The notes under the pieces were generated by a model, which was given only the letters and a program-made list of their open reading frames with translations, did no database searches and had not been told where the DNA came from. 64,000 nucleotides of DNA, taken from the NCBI GenBank assembly GCA_043228905.1, contig JBHGNT010000013.1, positions 13,640,001 to 13,704,000 of the forward strand, given 5' to 3'. Source of the DNA: Azolla caroliniana (lineage: Eukaryota; Plantae; Polypodiophyta). Positions 1-11,649 of the stretch are shown in pieces; the first letter of the stretch is position 1, and each line of letters starts with the position of its first letter. The translations under genes and the position numbers were made by a program.

Positions 1-443
1 CTACTCGCCCATGTGAGAAGTTGGATTATCGGCGATTAGGTCCTTTCCGTATTATCGGGAAGATTAATGATGTCGCTTTTCGTCTCGAGCTACCTCCGCA
101 ACTTCGGATACATCCGGTGTTTCATAGTTCTCTCCTCGAACCCTATCACGAGAGCACTATCCCAGGACGTACTATACAACCACCACCTCCTATCGAGCTC
201 GAAGATGGACCTGAGTATGAGGTCGCTGCCATCCTCGATTCCAAGATTGTTCGCAACAAGCTCTACTATCTAGTCGATTGGCTAGGATATAGTCCCAGCG
301 AGCGTACTTGGGAACCGATCGAGAATGTGACCAATGCTCGTGCTCTTCTAGAAGACTTCCATCAACGATATCCCGAGAAACCGGGTCCTCAATCCAAAAC
401 GACTCGTGGAACTCGTCGTTTTAAAGGGGGGATAGTGTCATAA
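1..443 (+). CDS. Pol C-terminus: integrase GPF/Y motif and group I chromodomain (partial)
   Basis: LGPFRI...IHPVFHSSLLEPY followed by EYEVAAILDSK...YYLVDWLGYSPSERTWEP, a canonical chromodomain. Confidence 0.92.
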   Translation, partial: TRPCEKLDYRRLGPFRIIGKINDVAFRLELPPQLRIHPVFHSSLLEPYHESTIPGRTIQPPPPIELEDGPEYEVAAILDSKIVRNKLYYLVDWLGYSPSERTWEPIENVTNARALLEDFHQRYPEKPGPQSKTTRGTRRFKGGIVS

Positions 444-725
444 CTAGACTCGAACCCATAACCTTTTGTTACACGGGTCGAGACTTTACCATTAGGTTAT
501 AAATTGTAATTTGAAGGATATTATTTTCATTTAGGTTTTATTGGGAAATTGATGTATATTCCAGATTTCTCTGGAACATTCTAGAAACTTCAGGAGTATT
601 CCTGAAGACACTATAAAAGGAGGCGCAAGGCATTAGTTCGAACCAAATCGGTTCAACGCCAGTCTTAAGCCTTCTAACTACTGTTGTATATCTTCCTTCA
701 TATAATACATATACCTTTCGCATCA

Positions 726-769
<44 letters not shown>

Positions 770-796
770 ACCCATTCCTTCTCTCAAAGTTCGACA
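436..796 (+). repeat. 3' LTR of E1, with TATA-like CTATAAAA and a (CT)n microsatellite at ~730-765
   Basis: Follows the PPT; TGTC...GACA termini. Confidence 0.75.
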
Positions 797-867
797 CCTC
801 TCATAGTACTAATCCTTCTCTGTCTTAGTACTATTCCCCGACAATAGTACTAATCCTTCTTTTAGTA

Positions 868-3724
868 CTAATTCCTTCTCTGCCTTAATAGAGTTCCTGA
901 CAGAGACTGCTCCGGCTGCTCTATAGGCGGCTGCTCCGTTTGTTTCTCTGACTCCGGCATCTCCGTTTGACTGTTTCCGGTCCGGTCTCCTTCTAGTAAC
1001 GGTTCCTCATCACTGAGGTTGACCGTAACCGGTTCTCGTGCTTTCTCTTCCCGGATTCGGGACCTCTCGTGCTTTCTCTTCCCGGATTCGGGACCTCTCG
1101 TAGCTTTCAAACTGGATCTGCGCCTCCAGCCTGTCGTCGTCCAGCTGAGCTACAAGTTGCCGGACTTGCCCTAGTTGGTCCTCTACCAAGGCTTGAAAGT
1201 CTTCGGCCAGCTCATCTCTTATGCCGGTGAAGTCTTCGGAAGTCAACATATAGCAATCATCCCCCTCCTTCCGCCGGTTCTCTACGTCGGCCCAGAGCAA
1301 TTGGAGTTCCGCCGCGTTCTGGGCCCACTTGGTCCACCATTTGACGGAACCGTCGTCAATCAAGCTCTTGGTCTGGTTCAACCAGGCCCGCATGATATCC
1401 TGGATGCGACTTGCTCCCATTTCCGCTCTACTTTCCACAACTTGTCGTTCCTCCTTCAACTGCTTGATGAGATTAGCCGTATCCTCCGTCTGCTCTTGGT
1501 AGTGCGTCAGCTACCCTTGATATGTTGTTTGCAGCTTCTGCAGTACCGCCGCCGCTCTTTCTCTTTCCGCCTGCTGTTGCCTGAGGAGCTCCGTCCGAAC
1601 CTTCTCTGCCTCTTCCAACCGTCTTCTGGTTTCCGCTTGTTCATTAGCGTATGCCGTTGCGGTCCGATCAACTGCTTGCCGGAGCTCATCCATCCGTTCC
1701 TTGTGCTCCGTTTGCATCCGTTTATACTCCCGGTGCAAGTGCTAAAACTCCTCCGTTTTTTGTTTGAGCTTGCCGTTGATTTGGCGATGGTTCCGGTCCT
1801 CCCGGTCCTTTTGCTGCCGGAGTTCCTCTTTCAGGCGCTCTACTTCTGTTTCGGCGTTCCTCCGGAGCCTGTCCTTCTCTTGCAGCATTTTCTCCTTCTC
1901 CTCCTTGAGCCGGTCGTACGCTTGGTGGCCTTTTCGTAAGCTCTCCTCGGCCCGGCGTAGATTCTCAGCAGTCTTTTTGAGTTCTGCCTCCGCTGCCGTC
2001 TTCAACTCTCTTTCGCGGCTCCTCAGCGCTTCTTGGGCAGCTAGCTCATCCTTTAAGTCCACAAGCTCTTGGGCTTGTGCCGCATTTCTCTCCGGAACGG
2101 TTTCCGTTGCCGGGGTCTTATTGCTATGTACAGGTTGATCTGACGCTTTATTCTGTACATTGCCCGGAGTCACCGGTGCTTGGACTTGTGTTGTCAAAGC
2201 ATTTTGAGCCATTTCCCTTGTGACCCTGTCCAAGTCTTGTTCAAGGCTCTGGATTCTAGACCAGGCCGTCTCTAGATCTACGGTTGTGACGAGCAACCGT
2301 TCATGGTGCGCTCTCTCCTCCGCCTCTATGTACTCGACCGCTCCGACGATCTGCTCGCCTACCCACCGTAGCCACATGCTACTGGTGCCTTGCTGCTGTG
2401 TTGGTCGGGTCGGCTCGTTCACTGTGGAATTGTCTGGCCCGAGTGCCTGTATCTGCCGTTCTGGTTCTACTCCTTGGCCGCTGTGTGTGCTGGCTGGGCT
2501 CGCCGGCTGCTGAGTTCCGGTTCTCGCCGTCTCCGGAGCCGTTGGAATGACTTCTTGTATAGAAGCCGACAAGGCCGGTTTTATACGGACCGGTTCCGGT
2601 TCCTCCCTTGTGGTTTGCTCAGGTTGAGTTGGGGGCGTTTCTTCCTTTTGCGGGTCCGAACGCTCCCCCGCTGTCCCGGCGGTCCTACTGCTTGACCGTC
2701 GTTGGAGGTGCTCTGCTGGCTCCTCCGTTTCCTCTTCCTGGGTAACGACATGTATCTGTGCCATCAAGGGTTCCGGTTCCTTCTGTCCCGGTCGCCGTAT
2801 GGTTATCTTAACGGGTCGGACCGGTGACACCTCCTCCGGTTTCGGGAGTCGTTTCTTCCCTTTCGTCGCCTTCGACGCCAGCAGCTGCTGTCGTTTGGAC
2901 GCGGGCTTCGGGGTGCTTCCTTCCGATAATCTTGGCCGCTTCTTTGGCGGAACGGTCTCGACCGGCGGCGCGAGCAATGTTATCCACTGAGCTACGGCAT
3001 GCCACAGCTTCCGGCCCTCCTTGCCGTCCTTTCCTCGTACCGTGTCGATTGCCGCGCACAAACCGTCTGCAATCAACACCGGCCAATCCACCTTGATCCC
3101 TTCATAGGTGGCTATGATCATCCCTGCCCGATTTTTTGGCATGACAGGGGGTCGGGGGTACACGTGGCCGTACTCATGGAGCACTCGAGCTATCTCCCTG
3201 AATAGCAGATCTTTGCCGCCCTGCGTTCGATAGCCTTTGCCGACTAGAGAGTACTCACCGAAATATCGGATGAGTTGCTCCGAGGTTGGGTTATCGATCT
3301 GAAAAATACCTCCCTCCGGAAGGCCTGTTAGCGCACGGATCGCTTCCTCGGTGATGACTTCTGTGTCGAGCTCCTTGATGACCCGGTCGGCTTCTTTGTG
3401 CGGTGGTGCCTCCATGATTGTCAAGATTCCATCCAGTCCGTGTTGCCTGAGCCATTTCCTGGCCGCTTCCGACAGCGTTTGTGGGTCCATGTCTGCTTCA
3501 AGGTCGAGGAAAGATGGCGAGGTAGAGTGGTGATGAGAGTGAGAGCGAGAGAGAGAGAGTTCAGAACGTGGGGGTTCTCTGAGTGCAGGTTCGCATCTGA
3601 TAAGCTTCAACCGCCTTGGTGCTTCTGTGCTTCTTGGCTCGCGAAATGAAAAGGTCTCCATGCGTTCTGCTTTTTCTCTGTGCGTCTTGGCGCCTTTTTC
3701 GAGCGTGCGCACGTCGTGTACCAA
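868..3724 (-). pseudogene. E2 extra 3' ORF (~940 aa when repaired): globular N-terminal region, low-complexity linker, long coiled coil
   Basis: ORFs 1742-3724, 1511-1738 and 1010-1459 share a frame across TAG stops. Removing a 31-bp tandem duplication at ~1034-1095 joins them to ORF 868-1110. Confidence 0.8.
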
Positions 3725-3869
3725 TTTAGTATTAAGTCATGTGGCGGCTCTTAAATGCCCACTACGTACCTTTTCGCTCCTTGCTTTCACGTCCGTTCAT
3801 ACCTCGATTTTTAATGATTTCTCTTTTACTCGCTCGTTTTTTTTTTTTTTTAAATGACGGTATGTGATC

Positions 3870-6800
3870 TTACACATCCGTAGGTCCCTCCGGACCCTTA
3901 CCGTTTTCCTTACGGGTTGCCGTGTCTTCCTTCGCCTCTGCTACGGGTTCCCCGTCGTCTTTTTCTTCCATCCGTACCGTTCCCGGACAGGTTCCCGGTA
4001 TAGTGCCGGTGGGCTGTATAAACGGGTTACTTGGCATTGGTCCTTTATAGGGCTTTAGTCTAAATCCGTTGACCCACTTGCCTAGCACTTCACCGGCAAG
4101 TGTCCCTAACTGATAGGACCCGTTGTATTCCCGTGTCAGCCAATACGGGCCTGTCCATCTAAACCGGAGTTTACCCGACATCTTGCCCATCCTCGTTTGG
4201 AATACTAGCACCGACTTTCCGATTTCAAACATCTTTTCATTACCTTTTCGGTGACGGTCAACGAACGCTTTCCGTCGTCGTTGCTCCAGTTCCATGTGTA
4301 GGATGCTGGCAAGCCGTTGCTCCTCCAGTTCGCATAGTGCTGGTAGCCGCATTTCCTCCGACTCCTTTTCATTCAGCCGTTCCCGTAGTTGGATTCGTAA
4401 GCTTGGTACCTGAAATTCCACCGGCATGACCGCCTCTAAGCCGAACGCTAACTGGAACAGCGTTGTCCGGATACTTGTTTTGTATGCCGTTCGGTACGCC
4501 CATAGCGCGCTATGGAGCTTTGTATCCCAGTTCGTCCGGTTTTCATTGACGATTTTGCGGAGAATGTTCTGGAGCGTTTTGTTGGTTGACTCTGCTAACC
4601 CGTTTGCTTGTGGGTAGTACGGTGTGCTCCGTTTATGGACCACGGCATAGAACGTTGTTAAGCTTTCAACTACCTGGCCGAGAAAGTGCCCTCCTTGGTC
4701 GCTAATTAATTCAATCGGACATCCATATCGCCACCAAATGTTCTCGTACAGGAATTTTGCTGTGGATGACGCGGTGTTGTCTCTCAAGGCCTTAGCCTCC
4801 ACCCATTTAGTGCAATAATTTGTTGCCACGATGACATAACGATTACCCGTTCTCATTGCCGGTGGCTTGAACGGTCCGACAAAATCCAACCCCCACTTCT
4901 GGAATGGCTCTAGTGGAAGTACCGGTTGGTGTGGCATCCGTGCTTGCTCCGTAGGCTGGCCCATTCGTTGGCATAGGTCACATTCCTTAGCATACTTGAC
5001 GGCGTATTTTAACATCGTGGGCCACCATAAGCCGCTCTGCCATACTTTCCTTGCCGTCGCTTCCCCGGCATAGTGTCCTCCGGCAACCCCACAGTGTGCT
5101 TCCCTTAAGATTACTTGTTTCTCGTCACTACGGACTGCCCGTCTCCATATTCCATCTGCTCCCTTGTGGTAGAGAGTGTCCCGTAACAGACAGAAATTGC
5201 GGCTCTGCACCGCCAGTCGTTTCCTATCGTCCCGGTTCATTTCCTCCGGTGGCAGGCCCGTGCTTAGGAACTGGTGCATGTTTGTCAGCCACCTAGGAAC
5301 TGATGCCACCGTGTCGTCCGCTGCCGTTTCCGGGGTAATACGGAATAACTCTGCGTCCGGGAATTCATCCGATACTCCGTCGCCTGATTCTCCGGACTCT
5401 AACCGGCTCAGGTAGTCTGCTACGGCATGCTGGATACCGGGTCGGTGGAAGATCTCGAATTCGAACTCCTGCAACAGCAAGGTCCAACGGGCCAACTTAC
5501 CGGTCAGGGACGCCTTAGACACTAAGTACAGGAGCGCCGAGTGATCCACATGAAAGGAGAACTTCCTTCCCAATAGGTAATGACGAAACTTTGTGACACT
5601 GTAGATCATGCCCAGGGCCTCCCGTTCCGTAGTCGAATAGTTCTTCTCCGCTTGGGACAGCTTCCGACCGGTACCATTTGGGCTCCGTAAGTTGCATTAA
5701 GGCGCTGCCGATAGCGATGTCGGAAGCGTCAACGAACACATGAAATTCCTTGCTCCAATCCGGAGGCTGCACGACGGGTGCTTGCGACAAAAGTACCTTC
5801 AGGGCGTTGTATGCCTTATCCTCCGTATCCGTCCATTGGAACAGTGTCCGATGTACCGCGGTGTGTAATGGTGTAGCCAAGTCAGCCAAGTGACGGAGCA
5901 TCCGGCTGTGCCACCGGATCTGTCCTAAGAATCGGCTTAGTGCTTTGGCTGTTTTCGGCGCCGGTGCCCCTAGTATCGCGTTTACTTTGTCCGGGTCGAC
6001 CGCAATGCCCTCCTTACTTACAATGTGTCCCAGTAAGATTCCACTTGACACCCCAAAGATGCATTTCGCTGGGTTTAAGCTTAGCCGGTATAACCTACAC
6101 TTTTCAAGGCATAACCGTAGGTGCTGCAAATGGTCTTTTTCCCGGCTATAGACTGCAAAGTCATCCAGGAAAACCTGCATGGAGGCTGGAATGTATTCAC
6201 CGAAGATCTCCATGATGATTCGCTGGAAAGTTGCTGGTGCCGTTTTTAGTCCAAACATCATTACTACAGCAACAAACACCCCCCATTCGGTGACGAACGT
6301 TGTCTTCTCCTGGTCGTCGGGGTGCATCCGGATTTGATTGTATCCGCTGAACCCGTCTAAAAACCTATAAACTTCATGGCCGGCGACGGCATCCAGTACT
6401 CCATCCGTGAACGGAAGAGGGAATGCATCCGTAATTGTGGCTGCATTTAGTTTCCTGTAATCTACACATATGCGGATTTTACCGTTCTTCTTTGGGACGA
6501 CGACGATGGGGCTCAGCCACGTCGCTTTCTTTACCGGCCGGATGAAGCCCACTCTTAGGAGTTTGTCGATTTCCTCCTTCACTTTGGCGGCGTAGTTGGG
6601 GTTCATTCGGTAACGTCTTTGCGCCACTGGTTTCGCGTCCTTGCCTAAGTGGATCTGATGCTGATATAATTGAGGGTCCAGCCCTCGCATGTCTTCGTAT
6701 GACCAGGCGAATACGTCGCGAAACTCCGTGAGAAGTTTGATCACCGCCGCTTTATCTTCCGGCTTCATCTCTTTGGCGATGTGTACCGGCTTTGATTCGT

Positions 6801-9711
6801 CCTTGCTTCCTAGGTTCACTTCGTCGAGCTGGGATGTTTTTACCCGTTGGGAAACGTCCATTTCCCGTTCCAACGCTTCCTTTGCTTGCCGTAATTCCCG
6901 AATCGAATCTTTGTCTGGTTCGGCTTCGGTTTCATCCCGCTGCGGCAAGTATGGCGCTACGGCTTCAGCCACGTCAATCTCGAAGAGTGGTACGATCTTC
7001 GGGTGTTCCTCCAAGTACTGGGCTTCTTCGTCGTCAGCTAACCCTTCAAGCATGTTCACGCATTCCGCATACAGCGGTGTGCATTCCTTACCGTTGCTCG
7101 TCCGTGGTTGTGTCGGTACCCGGACCTTGGCTTTTCCGCGCCGGAAGGTAATCATATTTTTCCGCCAATTTTGCTTGATGTGTGCTGTTTTCAACCATGG
7201 TCTGCCCAGCAACAGTGGGTACGCGCCTTGCGCCTGTAGCTGCAGCACGACAGCCGAGATGTGAAATGTGTGACCTCCTATGGTGACTTCCAATTTCCGT
7301 ATTAAGCCCGTCGGCCGTACAGAGCTCGTATCCGCCATCCGTAGCCAGAACGAACATGGCTCCCATTCATGTATACCCAAGGCATCACACGTGCGGAGGC
7401 TTATTACGTTCACCCCGGAACCTCCATCGATTACTGTGCCGGGAAGTTCGTGCCCTTTGACAATAGCTGTAATCACCGGACTACTAGTGTCCACCACCGT
7501 CGGTCCCTCCTCCGGATTCGAGAAGAGGACTGGTGCCGGTGGGGCTACACCGTTTGTCATGACCGTTTTTAGTCCTTCCGTAAATCGCGGCACGAGCTGC
7601 AAGAGTCTTCCTAATGGCAACGTGATCTGACATTCTTGCAGTGCTTGCCATGTCTCGTTTTCTGCGTGGCTACTGCCGGCACTCCCTATGGTATTCGCCT
7701 TTTGCCGTTCCGCGTCCGCGACGTTCCTTTCATTGGCTTCCTTCACCCATTCCGTCGCCTGTTTTCGTATGGCCTCTTGTGTTTCCCACTCTTTGGCCAT
7801 GCCTTTCGACCGTGTGGTTACTTGCTGTAAATCCGCCACTTCCGGAACCACCATATTAACTGTTGGTCGTTTATCGTAGCTCTTTGCCGGGCATTGGTTA
7901 CTGTAGTGGCCTTCCTGCCTGCAGTAGTAGCAGTACGCTTTACGGGTATTGCTGGATTCAGCATTGCTGGTAGCCGGAGTCGGTCCCGTAGTGAGTGGTG
8001 CGTTCTGTGCCGGTTGGCTCCTTGGGGTTCCATGTTCCGGGTCCCTAGGGTGACCACCTTTCTTGAAATTACGTTTCTTATTATTCTTATTTTTATTTCG
8101 GTAGTCCTGTCATGGTGGATCGTAAAATCGGCCGTATTCCTCCTGGTGCCTTCGGTAACCAGGGGAATGGTCTCTGTCGTATTGCTCGTGTCGTCTGTTG
8201 GACTCCCGATAACGGTCCGATCGCTCATACCGGTCGTAGTTATCATGCCGATCCCCGTACCGGCCATCATTCTCTTGTCTGTCTCCGTACCGGACATCCT
8301 GTGCCGGTCGGTACCGGTTCATTCTTTGCCAACGATCTTCATCTTCGTCTCGGCTGCTTCTTGGCTCGATCCGTCGGACGGGTGGTGCTTGTCGGTTTAG
8401 CAGGTTATACTCGCACCGGTCCGTTGTATGACTCTTGGATTGACAAATCACACACTGGGTTCGCATGGTGCACTCCACTGCCGAGTGTCCGGCATTCAAG
8501 CAGATTGTGCATTGAATTGCCTGCCGGAACCGGAGATCTTCATCGGTGGGTAACGCCCGTTGCAGTGCTCCCAGTGTAAGCCATGAGCTTGACTTTTCCA
8601 TTTCTCTGACCCGGTCAATGACCTGGTCCATGGTGCTTCCTCGAAAGTCGATCACCGTACACACCGTGCGTAACGGTTCCCGGAGTGCGTTTAAAAATAT
8701 CGTCTGTAATTCCTCCTCCGGGGGTGCACGGGCAAGCTGGCTATGCATTCGTTGGAAACGGATGACGAATTGGGGAATGCTTTCCCCTGCCTCCTGTCGG
8801 ATCGTATAAAACAGGCCCACCATTTTCGTCTGGTTGACCTCCTTGTGGAAAAAATGCAAGAATTTTGCTTTTAATTCTGCAAAGGTTGTGATGGTCGCCG
8901 GGTCCTGCGTCCGCCGCCATCGTGCCGCTGGTCCTTCCAACGTGACCCCGAATTCCGCTATCTTCGAGCGTTCTTCTTCCTTCGGTGTCAATCGGTGGGA
9001 CGCGTGATTTGCTTCCCATGTCTGCTCGAAGGCATGAACATGCGCTTCCGCGTCCGGATCATCGCGATACTTTGAGTATTGGAACGGCATGTCGTCGTCC
9101 AGTATTAGGCCGCGGTTTAGCGGCGTTTGTTGATATCTTTCCGGTTTTCTCTCCGGTTCCACTTCCGGTTCTTTTTCCGGTTCTTCTTCCGGTTCCTTCA
9201 CCGGCTCTTCTTCCGGTACCTTCGGCGGCTCTTTCGTTGGTGTCGGTGGCTTTGCTTCTTCCACTTCCGGTGTTGGTGGGTTGACGGCTTCCGTTTGCGG
9301 TTCCGGATAGCCCTGGTCGAACGGTTCCGGTTCTGGAGTCGGCACGGTATCCGACCCGTCGTCCTCCGGGCCGCCGGGGGTATCGTTGCTGCTCCGGTAG
9401 TTCGTGTGCACGCTGTATCCCCCTTCGGAATCCGATTTGTAGGCTGAAAAGGCTTCTGCCTCGTTTTCTCCGCTTGCCAGCGCCTCGAGGAGGCGTTCGG
9501 TTTCCCGGAGACTACTTAGACTGCTTCCGTCGTCCTGGTCGCGAGTTTGCTGTAACCGAAGGGATTCCTCCGCGACTCTCCGGATCACGTTGGAGAACGA
9601 ACGATCCGAGCGAATTTCGTGCGCTGCTTGCTGGAAAGTCTCACGCCGTCTTTGCCGTTCGGCGAGGCGTCGAGCTCGGTCTGTAACCAGGTCGTGCGTT
9701 GGTCTAGTCAT
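3870..9711 (-). pseudogene. E2 gag-pol polyprotein, with an in-frame TGA at 8110-8112 and a small deletion/frameshift near 5665
   Basis: Three zinc knuckles (CTICLNAGHSAVEC, CVICQSKSHTTDRC, CYYCRQEGHYSNQC); protease VIDGGSG; RT FLDD; RNase H VDASD; integrase HHCC and DDE (LDFVG, SDQG, AE). Confidence 0.92.
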
Positions 9712-9748
9712 CCATTAAGCCGTCGTTCGCTGCGAGAAAGCAGGAATC

Positions 9749-9758
9749 GTGGTCGCCA
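9749..9758 (-). promoter_or_regulatory. Primer-binding site of E2, probably tRNA-Arg
   Basis: TGGCGACCAC is complementary to the 3' end (GTGGTCG-CCA) of plant tRNA-Arg(UCG), from recall. Confidence 0.65.
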
Positions 9759-9762
9759 AAAC

Positions 9763-10126
9763 TGTGTTGTTCTCTGACCGGACAAGGCCTAACACAAGGT
9801 GTCACGGAGACACTTCACCAAAGGGTGATTACGGCATAGGATTATGACTCAACGATTACACCGACTTAAGTAGGTTACACGATTAGAGCGCTTTTGTTAA
9901 TTACACGTGTAAGATATAACAGTAATTACAGAACGGAAATCAACACAGAAGTATAAACACCATACGCTCCATTAATTATCCGCTGCGATTACAATGGGGT
10001 CCGGGCCTTTAAATAGGTTTCCGGCCCGTAGTACAAAACGGTGCCTATCGCACCTATTCGGGATCCGTCCGGATCTGGAACGGCATACCGTTTCCAGTCC
10101 GTCCGTCCACACTATGCTCATTGACA
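9763..10126 (-). repeat. 5' LTR of E2
   Basis: TG...CA termini on minus strand, TATTTAAA box, and PBS 4 nt downstream. Confidence 0.75.
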
Positions 10127-10183
10127 ACCATACTTAATTCATTCCTTCACTCCGTATTTTGGACTCCTTGCCGGCCGGTAACA
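10127..10183 (-). mobile_element. Probable first ~57 bp of another LTR (TGTTACCGG...), which interrupts the transposase and is itself interrupted by E2
   Basis: Transposase-like sequence ends at ...LVQMHL and is followed on minus by TGTTA and a GC-richer stretch. Confidence 0.45.
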
Positions 10184-11194
10184 AGTGCATTTGAACAAGG
10201 CACTCATCATTGATGTCTTTGGGGAGCCTCCGCATATGCGGCAAGCACGTCTTCTTCTGGTCCGTGCCATCTATCATTAAGCACATGTATTGTTCGGGCC
10301 TCTTCAAACACTTCTCTCTATGATGCATCGCCTTCTTTTGTTCTAACAATTGTGCCTCACGATGCTCTTGTAGTAACTTCTTACTCATATCCTTTTCCAT
10401 TGACGTCTTTGCACCTTTAGCCAAACTTTTAAGATTTGCACAAATGGAGCAATACCCCATGCGTACTTTACGTGGAATGATAACATTTGAAAACTGAGCT
10501 CTCCATAATCTTGTGAATTGGCTATATGTGACAGACTTATTACGCGAGCCCACCATATCAGATCGATAGACATCATAAACTTCTCGACGTGTGTAATTAT
10601 CAGAGAGGTGCATCCTATCTATAGTGGGCATTACTTCACAAATTAATTGAAAGTAACTTTTTATCCAACCAATAACATGTCTTCCAATTGCACCTTTCAT
10701 ACTTGGAACCTCTTTACAATTGAGCATCTGATCCCTGCTAAGTAGACGTTGTTGTACTCTATGTAGTCGCATTTTACTAACACATAACACAATTTTGAAT
10801 GCAACTCTACATATCTGTTGCGCATGGAAGATATAATACTCGAATGATACTTTGAGCCCCATACATTTGTCTGACACTAGTTGCATATGTGACCCGAGGT
10901 AAGTGTCTTGCTCATCACCAGTCATCGAAAAATAGTATCGCCTTAATTCTCGCAACTTTGATTTTCCAATCATAGACATACAACCACGGGCACAACATAT
11001 TTTTTTGACATCAAATCCAATCTGTTTATCTGATGTCACCAAGTTAAATCTAGCCAGACAAATTCTTCATGAGATTCTTCTAATATGCATAGGGCGTCCG
11101 GATTTCTCTTCTTGCATAGAAGTTGGTGTAACCTTGTTACTATCCAATTCTTTGTTGTGACCATTGCCCATGATATTCGATGTTTCATTGACAC
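10184..11194 (-). pseudogene. Sola-like/DUF7869-type DDE transposase, middle part, truncated shortly after the first catalytic Asp
   Basis: CC...C and ICRVAF Cys motifs, CSICANLK, EHRE, and CLMIDGTDQKKTCLPH (a DGMDQ-like motif). One TGA near 11070. Confidence 0.72.
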
Positions 11195-11649
11195 TATTAT
11201 AGATCATAGCACTAATGTAAGCTTAAGATAAGGATAAAGAATTGAAAGATAGAAAGGAGAAAGAGAAAGAAGGGTGCCGATCCACCCGACCACCCCCGAG
11301 CGAAGGGATCGAGACGGACTCGAGCCTCGATCGGCGTCCCATACCACCGCCGTGGCGTCGAGTCGTACCTGGTGCTGGAGCGCTCGCTACAAAAGTTGAC
11401 CCACCACACGAGCAGAGTCTCGATGTAGTCAAAAGATGATCAAATGAGGGTAGCTAGGCCTCTTATTTATAGCGATACCCAAGGCCCCCAGGCAAGTTCA
11501 CACTTGACCTAATGGGTTGTCTCAATCCCGAGGATTAAAAGTAATCCTCCCCTTCTTCACACTCTCGTTTAACCCTCACACTTATCCACGTGTATAGAAT
11601 ACTACGGTAAATTCTTACCACGGGATATTATATGGTCATGCCCGTAACA
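11195..11649 (-). repeat. 3' LTR of E3
   Basis: Direct repeat of 17715-18169. Confidence 0.96.

Larger units (their letters stand above)
1..796 (+). mobile_element. E1: 3' end of a chromovirus-type Ty3/Gypsy LTR retrotransposon (runs off the left edge), inserted in the 3' region of E2
   Basis: Integrase C-terminus plus chromodomain ORF; PPT AAAGGGGGGA at 423-432; LTR begins TGTCA at 436 and most likely ends TCGACA at 796 (alternative CGACA end at 843). Confidence 0.85.
797..10126 (-). mobile_element. E2: non-chromovirus (Athila/Tat-like) Ty3/Gypsy element with a long extra ORF 3' of pol; 3' LTR lies outside the window
   Basis: 5' LTR 9763-10126 (TGTCA...ACACA on minus); PBS TGGCGACCAC; gag-PR-RT-RH-INT order; no chromodomain. 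Confidence 0.88.

Noticed and set aside
797-843. E1 LTR extending to CGACA at 843
   Set aside because: The TAGTACTAATCCTTCT repeats in 797-880 continue into E2 sequence, which favours an LTR end at 796. The partner LTR is not in the window to confirm this.
1175-1939. 254-aa plus-strand ORF
   Set aside because: It is the antisense shadow of the coiled-coil extra ORF of E2 and has no independent motifs.
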